The notes under the pieces are model-generated. The model was not told where the DNA came from and ran no database searches. It was given only the letters and a program-made list of their open reading frames with translations. The position numbers and the translations under genes are program-made. A stretch of DNA of 64,000 nucleotides, from the NCBI GenBank assembly GCA_947166925.1, contig CAMVGD010000003.1:2507-66506 (forward strand). Direction: 5' to 3'. The stretch comes from an uncultured Clostridia bacterium. GTDB taxonomy: Bacteria; Bacillota; Clostridia; Christensenellales; CAG-138. Shown piece by piece: positions 24,446 through 32,750 of the stretch; the first letter of the stretch is position 1; each line of letters starts with the position of its first letter.

Positions 24446-26956
24446 ATGAAGGGAACAAAACGCCTTTTACTGCTTGTATGGATCCTGCTGCTTGCAATTC
24501 CGACGTTTACGCTTGCGGAGGATGCGCCTGCCCGTGCCGAAGGGGCGCTTCCCTGCGAGTATACGGTGCCGGAGGAGGTTGAATCTTATGTCTGGCATCT
24601 GTATGACGGCGATCCGTTTACGACGGTGACGCTCTACGGCAACGAGAGCATTGCAATGAGCATACCCTCCGGGGCCAAAGTCCTGTTTTTCCAGTTCTTT
24701 GAGCCGAATCAGGTCTATACGCTCAACCTTTTCAACGCGGACAACCGCATGATCGATTCGATCCGGGGTACGACGACAAGCGGGTTTGTGCGTGTTCCGC
24801 TCGATGGGACTGCCGTGACGGCGACGCTGGTCAGCGGGACGCGTTTTCTGGCGATCAGCGAGTGGTACGCCGCCGCGAACGAGAGCCTGCTTCCGTTCCC
24901 GGATACGGGCGATACAGCCGATGTGCTGGTGGTGCTGAACAGCCCGGGCGATGAACTCAAAAAGCTCGGCGCCGTTCTGCCGATGCTGTGCGGCGAGCAC
25001 GGTCTTTCCGCGCAGGTCATGTATATGACCGCCGCCGACGGCTACCGTTCGACGCAGTGCCTTGAGGTGCTTCGGAAGATGGGCATCACCAGAGCGCCGA
25101 TCTTCGGCAAGGGAAGGGATGCGGTCGCAAGAAGCGACAACATGGCGATCAACGTGCTGGAGACGACGCAGGACCTGCTGATGCGGACATTGACGACGCA
25201 GATCCGCACCTGCCGTCCGCAGATCGTGATCACGCTCGATCCGGCGGTCGAACAAACGGTATATATAGACGGGTTCATTGCGCGTTCCGTCATCAAAGCC
25301 GTGGACCTTGCAGCGGATCCGGGCAGCTACAAGGGCTTTGATACGATCAAGGTCAACAAGCTGTATACGCTTTCGGAATCCGGCGAAACGGTTTGTTCCG
25401 GCGAACAGCTTCTTTATGCATATGACGGCGTCCGCGCCGCAGCGCTTGCGGACGAGCTCTACAAGACCTATCTGGAGGAGCGCGTATTCCGGAGGGATAT
25501 GCCGGATACAGTGCGCTTCCATCTGGAGGCGAGCCATGTCGGGAAGGACCGGAAGGGGACCGACCTTCTGGAGAATCTTTCGCTGCAGTCGTTCGCCGGT
25601 TATCGCGATCTGACGCCGACGCCCGCGCCGACGCCTGAACCGACCACGGAACCGACGGAGGAACCGACGCAGGAGCTTACTGCGGCGCCGACGCAGGAGC
25701 CTGCGGACGAGCCGACGGAGAAGCCTGCAGAGTCTGAGAAGCAGACAGAGAAGCCTGAAAATGCGGAAACGCCGAAAAAGGCGTCCCTTTGGTGGCTGCC
25801 CGCGGCGATCGGCGCTGTCTGCGCGGTCGCGGCATGGTTCCTGATCCCGAAGCGTTCGCTTGCAAAGATCCTGCTTTGCCTGCTGCCGCTGATCGCGGGC
25901 GTTGTGATCTCGGTGTTCATGATGATCGACGCGAAGAAAGCGGCGGATAAAGCGGCGGAAGTGCCGGCAGTGACAACGGAAGCGCCGACCGCGGAGCCGA
26001 CGCCCGAACCGACCGAGATCCCGTCGATCGAGCTGACGCCTGCGCCGACGGCGGAATCGACGCCCGAACCGACCGAAGAACCGACGCCTTCGCCGACGCC
26101 GGAACCCACCCCCGATCCGAACGACGCATACTTCCTGTCGGGCGAGGGAGAGGAGTATGCGCTCGACTTTGAGAACGGGCACTGGTGGTACAAGAACAAT
26201 GTGCTTTCGATCGACATCGAGGAGATACACATCAAGATGGAGCAGGATCATCCGCTGATCTACTACGTTGCCGATATCCGCATGCGCGATTTTTCGAGTT
26301 ATCGCTCCGGTGTTCGTCCCTTCGTACAGCCGTGGGTCTATACCCGGTATGAGAAAGCGGTTTTCGCGATCACGGGCGACAATCTGGATCAGGCGGAAAA
26401 ACAGCTCAAGGGCTGTCTCCTGCGGCAGGGTAAGTTCTACTGGAATGCCAGACAGGCCGACACGCTCGTGATAGAGAACGATATGTCGCTCAGCGTCATC
26501 CACCGCGGAGAAGGCTCGGAGCGCGTGCTGATGGATCACGGCATCCGCGACACGTACGGCTTCGGTCCGATCCTGGTCGAAAACGGCGAGGTCAGCGATT
26601 CCACCATCCAGAACCGCGTCGATCATCCCAATCCGCGATGCGGCATCGGCATGATCGAGCCGGGACACTGGGTTGCGATCGCAACGGAGGGACGGCAGAC
26701 GGACTTTTCGTACAGCATCACGCTGGAATACTTTGCGCAGCTGTTCGTGGATCGCGGCTGCACGGTCGCCTACAACATGGACGGCGGATCCTCGGTCGGC
26801 GTTGTCTTTATGGGTGAGGCGCTGAACCGCCATTACAAGAGAGGCACGTCCGATACGCAGCGCCCCTGGACCGACGCGATGATGTTCGGCTACAGCGAGG
26901 ATGTGCCGTCGCCCGAAACGCCGACCATCCACGACGGATTCAGGCACGATTTTTAA
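24446..26956 (+). CDS. Large surface protein: signal peptide, N-terminal domain with a degenerate LmbE/PIG-L-like region, PT-rich linker, TM hairpin, PT-rich linker, C-terminal phosphodiester-glycosidase (DUF2233/NAGPA-like) domain
   Basis: Signal LLLLVWILLLAIPTFTLA. Two adjacent TM helices (LWWLPAAIGAVCAVAAWFLIP / ILLCLLPLIAGVVISVFMMI). C-terminus GFGPILVENGE...NPRCGIGM...AYNMDGGSS. Confidence 0.65.
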   Translation: MKGTKRLLLLVWILLLAIPTFTLAEDAPARAEGALPCEYTVPEEVESYVWHLYDGDPFTTVTLYGNESIAMSIPSGAKVLFFQFFEPNQVYTLNLFNADNRMIDSIRGTTTSGFVRVPLDGTAVTATLVSGTRFLAISEWYAAANESLLPFPDTGDTADVLVVLNSPGDELKKLGAVLPMLCGEHGLSAQVMYMTAADGYRSTQCLEVLRKMGITRAPIFGKGRDAVARSDNMAINVLETTQDLLMRTLTTQIRTCRPQIVITLDPAVEQTVYIDGFIARSVIKAVDLAADPGSYKGFDTIKVNKLYTLSESGETVCSGEQLLYAYDGVRAAALADELYKTYLEERVFRRDMPDTVRFHLEASHVGKDRKGTDLLENLSLQSFAGYRDLTPTPAPTPEPTTEPTEEPTQELTAAPTQEPADEPTEKPAESEKQTEKPENAETPKKASLWWLPAAIGAVCAVAAWFLIPKRSLAKILLCLLPLIAGVVISVFMMIDAKKAADKAAEVPAVTTEAPTAEPTPEPTEIPSIELTPAPTAESTPEPTEEPTPSPTPEPTPDPNDAYFLSGEGEEYALDFENGHWWYKNNVLSIDIEEIHIKMEQDHPLIYYVADIRMRDFSSYRSGVRPFVQPWVYTRYEKAVFAITGDNLDQAEKQLKGCLLRQGKFYWNARQADTLVIENDMSLSVIHRGEGSERVLMDHGIRDTYGFGPILVENGEVSDSTIQNRVDHPNPRCGIGMIEPGHWVAIATEGRQTDFSYSITLEYFAQLFVDRGCTVAYNMDGGSSVGVVFMGEALNRHYKRGTSDTQRPWTDAMMFGYSEDVPSPETPTIHDGFRHDF
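25613..25790 (+). repeat. Pro/Thr/Glu-rich low-complexity linker 1 (coding)
   Basis: TPTPAPTPEPTTEPTEEPTQELTAAPTQEPADEPTEKP. Reiterated gaaccgac/ccgacg units at the DNA level. Confidence 0.8.
25975..26125 (+). repeat. Pro/Thr/Glu-rich low-complexity linker 2 (coding)
   Basis: TTEAPTAEPTPEPTEIPSIELTPAPTAESTPEPTEEPTPSPTPEPTPDP. Confidence 0.8.
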
Positions 26957-27001
26957 CGGCTGAACCTCACATACAGAGGACGGATCACGGGAGAAAACGG
27001 A

Positions 27002-27766
27002 ATGCAAACGACAACATGCGCGGAAAACGGCGGAGGACTGACCGGAAACGCATTGAAGCTCATTGCGATCGCCGCGATGACGTTGGATCATGTGCTCTGG
27101 ATCCTGTTCCCGGGCTATCAGTATATGTGGTGGCTTGTTGCGCTGCACGCGGTCGGACGCATCACCGCGCCGATCATGTGGTTCTTTATCGCGGAGGGCT
27201 ACCTGCATACGCACGATTTCAAAAAGTACGCGCTGCGTCTTTTGCTCTTTGCGATCGTTTCGCATTTTGCCTACTGTTTTGCGTTCGGCATCTCGTTTCT
27301 GCCGCTTCAAAAGAGTATATTCAATCAGACGAGCGTGATCTGGACGCTGTTCTGGGGGCTTGTCACGATCCGCCTGTTTGATTCGGAGCTTAAAACGTGG
27401 CTGAAATTTCTGCTGTTCATACCGATCCTTCTTGTCAGCTTTCCGTCGGACTGGAGCTGCATTGCGGTCCTTGCGATCCTGTATCTTTGGGGCAAGCGCG
27501 GATCCTTTGCAAAACAGATGTTCTGGATGATGGTCTGGAGCGCCGCATATGCGATCGTGTTCTTCTTTTTTATCGATAAGGTCTACGGCGTGCTGCAGCT
27601 CTGCACGGCGCTTTCGATCCCGCTGCTGTACCTGTATAACGGGCAGCGCGGCACATGGAAGGGCATGAAATGGTTTTTCTACATCTATTATCCTGCGCAT
27701 CTCGTTGCCGTCGGCGTTTTGCGTATGCTCCTCTTGGGCAACGTCGGAGTGATGATCGGCGCATAA
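27002..27766 (+). CDS. TraX family membrane protein (paralog 2)
   Basis: LKLIAIAAMTLDHV and APIMWFFIAEG motifs, polytopic. Confidence 0.7.
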   Translation: MQTTTCAENGGGLTGNALKLIAIAAMTLDHVLWILFPGYQYMWWLVALHAVGRITAPIMWFFIAEGYLHTHDFKKYALRLLLFAIVSHFAYCFAFGISFLPLQKSIFNQTSVIWTLFWGLVTIRLFDSELKTWLKFLLFIPILLVSFPSDWSCIAVLAILYLWGKRGSFAKQMFWMMVWSAAYAIVFFFFIDKVYGVLQLCTALSIPLLYLYNGQRGTWKGMKWFFYIYYPAHLVAVGVLRMLLLGNVGVMIGA

Positions 27767-27776
27767 GGAGGATGTC

Positions 27777-28868
27777 ATGATCAATTTTGATTTGTTGGTC
27801 GCGGGATGCGATACCCGCTGCAAACATTGCTACGTCAACGGCGGACCGCTAAAGCGCATGGACGGCGACGACGCCGTTCTTTGCGTCGAACGGCTTGACG
27901 CGATCGCGGCATATCTTCCGGACGAAGCGAACTTTACGCTGGATCACGAGCCGATGGGGCATCCGGAGATCGGACGCATCATCGGCGCGGCGGCGGGCAC
28001 GAAGCATATCCGGTATCATCACCACGGCATGACGACCGGGCTGGGAATCATGCGCCGGGACGACAAAGAAGCGGTGCTCGACCGATATCTAGCGTCGGGA
28101 TTCGACTCGTTCGGGATCACGATCCACGGCGGCGAAGCGCTGCATGACGAGATCGTGCGCAGAAAGGGCGCGTTCACGTCTTCGATCGCGTTCGGCGAGT
28201 TTATCAAGGCGCATGGCGCGGAGCTTGAGGTATCGCTGATGGTGAACAGGTTTTTCCCGGAGCAGCAAAACGAGATCTCCGCGATACTGGATCGGCTGAG
28301 ACCGGACTGGGTCTATATCGGACTGCCGATCTTCACACCGCACAAAAACGGCTTGGATTACGAGCCGTACCGCGCGTCCGTGCAGGATGTGGAAACGCTC
28401 GGCGAATGGTTCAAAACGCTCGGGAAGGATGACGCCGAGCTGATCGAAAAAGCGCGTGAAAGCAGTGTCGGTCTTGCGGTAAAGAAGCTGATAAACGGAC
28501 AGGATCTTATGACACTGTTTGATGCGCCGCAAGGGGAGAAGTATCTTGCGGTGCACCCGGACTGCCTGCTGTACATGGGTAACTCCGGTGCTGAGACGGA
28601 ATGCCTCGGCAACCTTCGCCGGCTTGATCCCGAAGCGGTCGCAGCGCGGATTAAAGAAATGCCCGACAACCGGGACTACGACGCGTTTTACGATCGCAGC
28701 GTTCTGCCGGAGACGAAACGGATGATCGAAGCGCTGATAGGACTTCCGCAAAATACCGTGTACGGTGATTTTCCGAGCGTCATTTACAGAGGACTTACGG
28801 CATTGAATACGGCGACAAGGATCCTCGATCTGCACCGCAGGGAAGAGCGTTGCCCGTCCGTCGGATAA
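27777..28868 (+). CDS. Radical SAM protein, function unknown
   Basis: CX3CX2C at residues 11-18 (CDTRCKHC). RBS AAGGAGG. Lies 10 nt after the traX-like stop. Confidence 0.7.
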   Translation: MINFDLLVAGCDTRCKHCYVNGGPLKRMDGDDAVLCVERLDAIAAYLPDEANFTLDHEPMGHPEIGRIIGAAAGTKHIRYHHHGMTTGLGIMRRDDKEAVLDRYLASGFDSFGITIHGGEALHDEIVRRKGAFTSSIAFGEFIKAHGAELEVSLMVNRFFPEQQNEISAILDRLRPDWVYIGLPIFTPHKNGLDYEPYRASVQDVETLGEWFKTLGKDDAELIEKARESSVGLAVKKLINGQDLMTLFDAPQGEKYLAVHPDCLLYMGNSGAETECLGNLRRLDPEAVAARIKEMPDNRDYDAFYDRSVLPETKRMIEALIGLPQNTVYGDFPSVIYRGLTALNTATRILDLHRREERCPSVG

Positions 28869-28876
28869 CCGCCTTA

Positions 28877-29317
28877 TCAGAACAGGAGCGAGATCAGCCC
28901 GGCGATGATCGAAGCGCCGATGCCGTAGACGAGGACCGGACCCGCGATTGTAAAGAGCTTTGCGCCGACGCCGAGCACGAACCCTTCGGGACGGTACTCC
29001 ATGGCAGGCGCGACGATCGAGTTCGCAAAGCCCGTGATCGGCACGACCGTGCCTGCGCCCGCAAACGACGCGATCCTGTCGAACACGCCGAGACCTGTGA
29101 GAAGCGCGGTAAGAAAGATCAGCGTCACCGAACTGACCGTCGACGCGTCGGCGTCGGAAAGCGGGATCAGAAGCGCAAGATCGTGTATGCCTTGTCCGAG
29201 CACGCAGATGAGCCCGCCGACGAGGAACGCCTTCAGGCATTGCAGCGCGGCGGGGCTTTTCGGCGCACGCCGCTCGACTTCCTTTCGATAAGCCTTTGCG
29301 TCAAACGTCTGCTTCAC
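28877..29317 (-). CDS. spoVAC: Stage V sporulation protein AC
   Basis: CLKAFLVGGLICVLGQG, FAGAGTVVPITGFANS. GTG start. Confidence 0.85.
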   Translation of the reverse strand: MKQTFDAKAYRKEVERRAPKSPAALQCLKAFLVGGLICVLGQGIHDLALLIPLSDADASTVSSVTLIFLTALLTGLGVFDRIASFAGAGTVVPITGFANSIVAPAMEYRPEGFVLGVGAKLFTIAGPVLVYGIGASIIAGLISLLF

Positions 29318-29430
29318 GGGCGGACGCCTTTCTCTTTTTGTTCCGGTGCGCGCGTTTCGCGGTCCGCGGGCAGCTTTTCGCCGCCGCAGCCGTGCAGATT
29401 GATGCGATAAATCACGGTATGATGGGGCAT
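29314..29430 (-). CDS. 38-aa upstream ORF overlapping the spoVAC start (GTGA junction)
   Basis: MPHHTVIYRINLHGCGGEKLPADRETRAPEQKEKGVRP. GGAGG lies 7 nt upstream of the ATG. Hand-translated; not in the track. Confidence 0.3.
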   Translation of the reverse strand: MPHHTVIYRINLHGCGGEKLPADRETRAPEQKEKGVRP

Positions 29431-29477
29431 AGATACCTCCGAAGAATTGAACTTTATGTTACTGTGTGCAAAATGGC

Positions 29478-29516
29478 AATAAAAATACCCGAAGGGTGTG
29501 TGCTCCTTCGGGTATT
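29478..29516 (-). terminator. Rho-independent terminator after the anti-sigma gene
   Basis: 12-bp stem aatacccgaagg / ccttcgggtatt, followed on the minus strand by TTTTTATT. Confidence 0.8.
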
Positions 29517-29528
29517 AATTTGTTTGAT

Positions 29529-30845
29529 TCAATTCATCGGATACGTCTCGATGATCCACGCTTTCCATGCGGCAAACTCCGTATCAAAATCCGTGCCGAA
29601 CGCTTCGTCAAACGTCCTTTTTTCAAAACAGTAATTGCTGACCGCTTCAAAACCGTATTGTCGGTCCAGCCAGCCGACGAATGCAGCGGCCATGATCACG
29701 CTCATGGAGGAGTCCTGTTCATAGGTCTCCGGCGAACCGGAAAACGGCGTGGTTCTGTTCAGCGGAACGCTTTCAAATACGGTGCCCCATCGTTTGCTTG
29801 GGAATCCCTTCTCGAAGCAGTAACGGGAGATGACGTCGAACTGAATACGGAGATCGTCGTTGGTTGCGTTCTCGCATGTGCCGCCTGCGGCATAATACAG
29901 ATCGTCATACGGCGCGGATGCGGAGGGATCGAGCATTGTCAGCATCTCTGTATACGGATTGACGCAGACCGCCGTATACCATGCAAGACCGATCTGACCC
30001 CATGCGGTGTGCGGCGTATCCATCAGCGCATACATATAAAGCGCATCGCGGTGCCAGTATGCGTTGCGGAGGTTCAGCAGAATGCGGTCCGGCTCGTTGC
30101 GATAAAGGTATTTGTCATCCGTGCGGATGTTGATCTCCACCATCTTGTCTGCGCTGTTCGTCGGGTAGGCGTCTCCTGCGTTCCCTTTCAGGTAGCTGCG
30201 AAGGAAGTGAAGGCTTTTATCCGTTCGATCGATATACGCGGGAAGATACGTCTTCAACGGTTCACTGCCGTTTTGCAGCAACGGAATAAAGACGGACATA
30301 TGGAATTGATCGTCCTGTACGTCGAGCGTCAGCGCTTCTTCCGCCTCGTCGGGAATGATGGCCTCGTCATAGCGGTCCGTGCCGGTGATGACAAGCGCGC
30401 GCGTCTCCGCGTCGTAGATCACGGTCGGCAGGTCGATCTGCTCCTGCAGCGCTTCCGCGGCCTCGGAGAGCTCCGTGATCGTCTGCGCATCGGCTTCCGA
30501 CCGTTCTTCGAGCGCGCTGATCGTCTGCGCGTCCTGTGCGGACTTTTTCTGTGCATGCTTTGCGATCGTGAACGCGGCAACCCCAGCTGCGAGCAGACCG
30601 CATACGGCTATGATCGCGATATTGCGGATTCGACGGCGGGAATTGCGGACCTTTTTGAGATAATCGACCTCCGGCTGCTCCGCGATCGGCGGTTCGCTGT
30701 TCGTCATTTCACGGTAGACGGCGCGGCAGGATTCGCATTCGGAAAGATGCGCGGTGACCGCCTCGGTCGTTTTCTCCGAGGTCAGACGGTCGATGTAAGA
30801 GGGAAGCAGGTCCCTGACGATCTCGCAGTCCAGTTTACTTTTCAT
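29529..30845 (-). CDS. Anti-sigma factor (zf-HC2 type) with one TM and a large extracytoplasmic domain
   Basis: HLSECESC zinc-finger motif and TM IAIIAVCGLLAAGVAAFTI. Overlaps the sigma gene by 11 nt. Confidence 0.75.
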   Translation of the reverse strand: MKSKLDCEIVRDLLPSYIDRLTSEKTTEAVTAHLSECESCRAVYREMTNSEPPIAEQPEVDYLKKVRNSRRRIRNIAIIAVCGLLAAGVAAFTIAKHAQKKSAQDAQTISALEERSEADAQTITELSEAAEALQEQIDLPTVIYDAETRALVITGTDRYDEAIIPDEAEEALTLDVQDDQFHMSVFIPLLQNGSEPLKTYLPAYIDRTDKSLHFLRSYLKGNAGDAYPTNSADKMVEINIRTDDKYLYRNEPDRILLNLRNAYWHRDALYMYALMDTPHTAWGQIGLAWYTAVCVNPYTEMLTMLDPSASAPYDDLYYAAGGTCENATNDDLRIQFDVISRYCFEKGFPSKRWGTVFESVPLNRTTPFSGSPETYEQDSSMSVIMAAAFVGWLDRQYGFEAVSNYCFEKRTFDEAFGTDFDTEFAAWKAWIIETYPMN

Positions 30846-31323
30846 TGTCTTGACTCTCCTTCATCAGTTGTTGTTTCGCGCGGTAGAAGGTAACGCGGGA
30901 CCAGTTTTCGGTCTGCCCGAGGATGGAGCCGATCTCCGCAAACGAGAGCGAGCCGAGCAGGCGAAGATAGAGGACCTCCCGACCGGGATCCGCAATGCCG
31001 TGGATCGAACGCAGGATGTCTTCCCGGCCCATCTTGCCGAGGACGTCGCTTTCGGCGGAAGGGGCGACGGCGGCTTCTTCGGTTTCCGCCAGGGAGACAG
31101 GCGCCTTTTTTCTCCTGCGGTATTCGTTCAACCAGACGTTCTTTGCAATGCCAAAGAGCCACGTGGTGATCTTCGAGGATCCGTCAAACCGATCGATGCA
31201 CTTGACCGCCTGAAAGAACGTTTCCTGCGTCAGCTCCTCCGCAAGCTCCGAACTACCGGTCTTTGCGTACAGAAACCGGTAGACGGACGCGGAATGCTCG
31301 CGATAGACGGCTTCCAGATCCAT
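30835..31323 (-). CDS. ECF-type sigma-70 family sigma factor
   Basis: Regions 2 and 4 (AEELTQETFFQA, WLFGIAKN, LSFAEIGSILGQTENWSRVTFYRAK). RBS AAGGAGG. Confidence 0.8.
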   Translation of the reverse strand: MDLEAVYREHSASVYRFLYAKTGSSELAEELTQETFFQAVKCIDRFDGSSKITTWLFGIAKNVWLNEYRRRKKAPVSLAETEEAAVAPSAESDVLGKMGREDILRSIHGIADPGREVLYLRLLGSLSFAEIGSILGQTENWSRVTFYRAKQQLMKESQDNEK

Positions 31324-31544
31324 GACCCGCTCACCTCCTTTCTGCACTGTGAATGTCGGGATCGTGCGTTTCGTTACAGTCGATGATCATATATCATTTG
31401 ATTATCGATAGGATTTGCTGTATTATAACATGCGCGCGCAGGAAGTTACAAAGCATTTTCGGCAGAGAGGGAGCGAAGGACGGCGAGAGATTGCCCGACT
31501 CCCTGGAAACGTGAAAATATATCGAAAAAACCTGAAAATTTTGC

Positions 31545-31573
31545 TTGACAGACTTGCGCTGTTTTGTTATTAT
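31545..31573 (+). promoter_or_regulatory. Putative sigma-A promoter for rplM-rpsI
   Basis: TTGACA-17 nt-TATTAT, followed by a leader of about 95 nt. Confidence 0.65.
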
Positions 31574-31670
31574 AACCAAGTGCCATTGGGTGGAACTGCG
31601 TCACAGCCCCGACATAAGAACCCCGCAATGCAGCAAAAGTTTATAAAATTTATATATTGGAGGAATCGCC

Positions 31671-32102
31671 ATGAAGTCCTATATGGCAAAGGGCGAAACC
31701 GTAGAGCGCAGCTGGTATGTCGTGGATGCGACGGACATGGTCCTTGGCCGTCTGTCCAGCCAGGTCGCTGCGATTCTTCGCGGTAAGCATAAGCCCATCT
31801 TTACGCCTCACGTTGATTGCGGTGACCATGTGATCATCATCAATGCTGAGAAGGTCCGTCTGACCGGCAAGAAGCTCGATCAGAAGACCCACATCCATCA
31901 CACCGGTTTCCCGGGCGGAATCAGAGAGGTCAAGTATCGCACGCTTCTCGAAACCAAGCCCGAATTTGCGGTCTATGAATCCATTCGCCGCATGATGCCG
32001 AAAGGCCCGCTGGGCGACAAGATGCTCAAGAAGCTTCGCGTCTATGCAGGTCCGAACCACAACCACGAAGCACAGCAGCCGCAGGCGCTGGAGCTCAAGT
32101 AA
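31671..32102 (+). CDS. rplM: 50S ribosomal protein L13
   Basis: [28 protein letters not shown]. Confidence 0.95.
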   Translation: MKSYMAKGETVERSWYVVDATDMVLGRLSSQVAAILRGKHKPIFTPHVDCGDHVIIINAEKVRLTGKKLDQKTHIHHTGFPGGIREVKYRTLLETKPEFAVYESIRRMMPKGPLGDKMLKKLRVYAGPNHNHEAQQPQALELK

Positions 32103-32120
32103 TCGGAAAGGAGAACGACT

Positions 32121-32513
32121 ATGGCAAAGATCGCTTATATCGGCACCGGCAGACGCAAAAAGTCCGTCGCGCGCGTTCGTCTTCTCCCCGGCACCGGCAA
32201 CATCACGATCAACAAGCGTGACATCAACGATTATTTCGGTCTCGAGACCCTCAAGATGATCGTCCGTGCGCCCTTGGTTCTGACGAACCTTTCCGAAAAG
32301 TACGATGTGAACGTGAACGTCTACGGCGGCGGTACGACCGGCCAGGCGGGCGCGATCCGTCACGGCATCTCCCGCGCGCTGCTCTCCGCAGATCCGGAGC
32401 TTCGCGGCACGCTGAAGAAAGCGGGCTTCCTTACCCGCGATCCGAGAATGAAGGAGCGCAAAAAGTACGGTCTGCATGCAGCCCGCCGCGCACCCCAGTT
32501 CTCCAAGAGATAA
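32121..32513 (+). CDS. rpsI: 30S ribosomal protein S9
   Basis: [12 protein letters not shown]...[19 protein letters not shown]...RRAPQFSKR. Confidence 0.95.
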   Translation: MAKIAYIGTGRRKKSVARVRLLPGTGNITINKRDINDYFGLETLKMIVRAPLVLTNLSEKYDVNVNVYGGGTTGQAGAIRHGISRALLSADPELRGTLKKAGFLTRDPRMKERKKYGLHAARRAPQFSKR

Positions 32514-32528
32514 TTATCTCGCAATCAT

Positions 32529-32560
32529 CACCCGCTTCTTTTCGAAGCGGGTGCTTTTTT
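32529..32560 (+). terminator. Rho-independent terminator after rpsI
   Basis: cacccgcttc-N5-gaagcgggtg followed by cTTTTTT. Confidence 0.85.
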
Positions 32561-32648
32561 ACGCGGACGGGGCAGTGCGTTCCGCTTCCGACGGTTCGGA
32601 TGCCGGGAATCGGGCGAAATGAAAGGCGGTATTTCGGACAGAACACGG

Positions 32649-32677
32649 TTGAATACACGAATCCGCCGTGTTATAAT
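32649..32677 (+). promoter_or_regulatory. Putative sigma-A promoter (extended -10)
   Basis: TTGAAT-17 nt (ending TGt)-TATAAT upstream of the lipoprotein gene at 32751. Confidence 0.65.
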
Positions 32678-32750
32678 CAATCCGGAGAACAACGAACCCG
32701 AAAAGACGTGCGCTTGTTTCCGATCAAAAGAACGGTAAAGGAGCATTTCC

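Noticed and set aside
25613-26125. Short reiterated DNA units that could be mistaken for a CRISPR or tandem-repeat array
   Set aside because: They are in frame within a long CDS and encode Pro/Thr/Glu linkers. There is no regular repeat-spacer structure and no cas genes.
24467-27823. 1118-aa minus-strand ORF
   Set aside because: It is antisense to the surface-protein, traX and radical SAM genes. The product is dominated by R/RRRR runs with no domain motifs. Shadow ORF.
29318-29477. Sigma-G/F-type forespore promoter upstream of spoVAC
   Set aside because: A CATCATA -10-like heptamer is present, but no acceptable -35 (GnATR) lies at 17-18 nt spacing.
31574-31670. Possible ribosomal L13-leader RNA upstream of rplM
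   Set aside because: A roughly 95-nt leader follows a good promoter, but I cannot verify the L13-leader consensus or structure by eye. Left as a note only.
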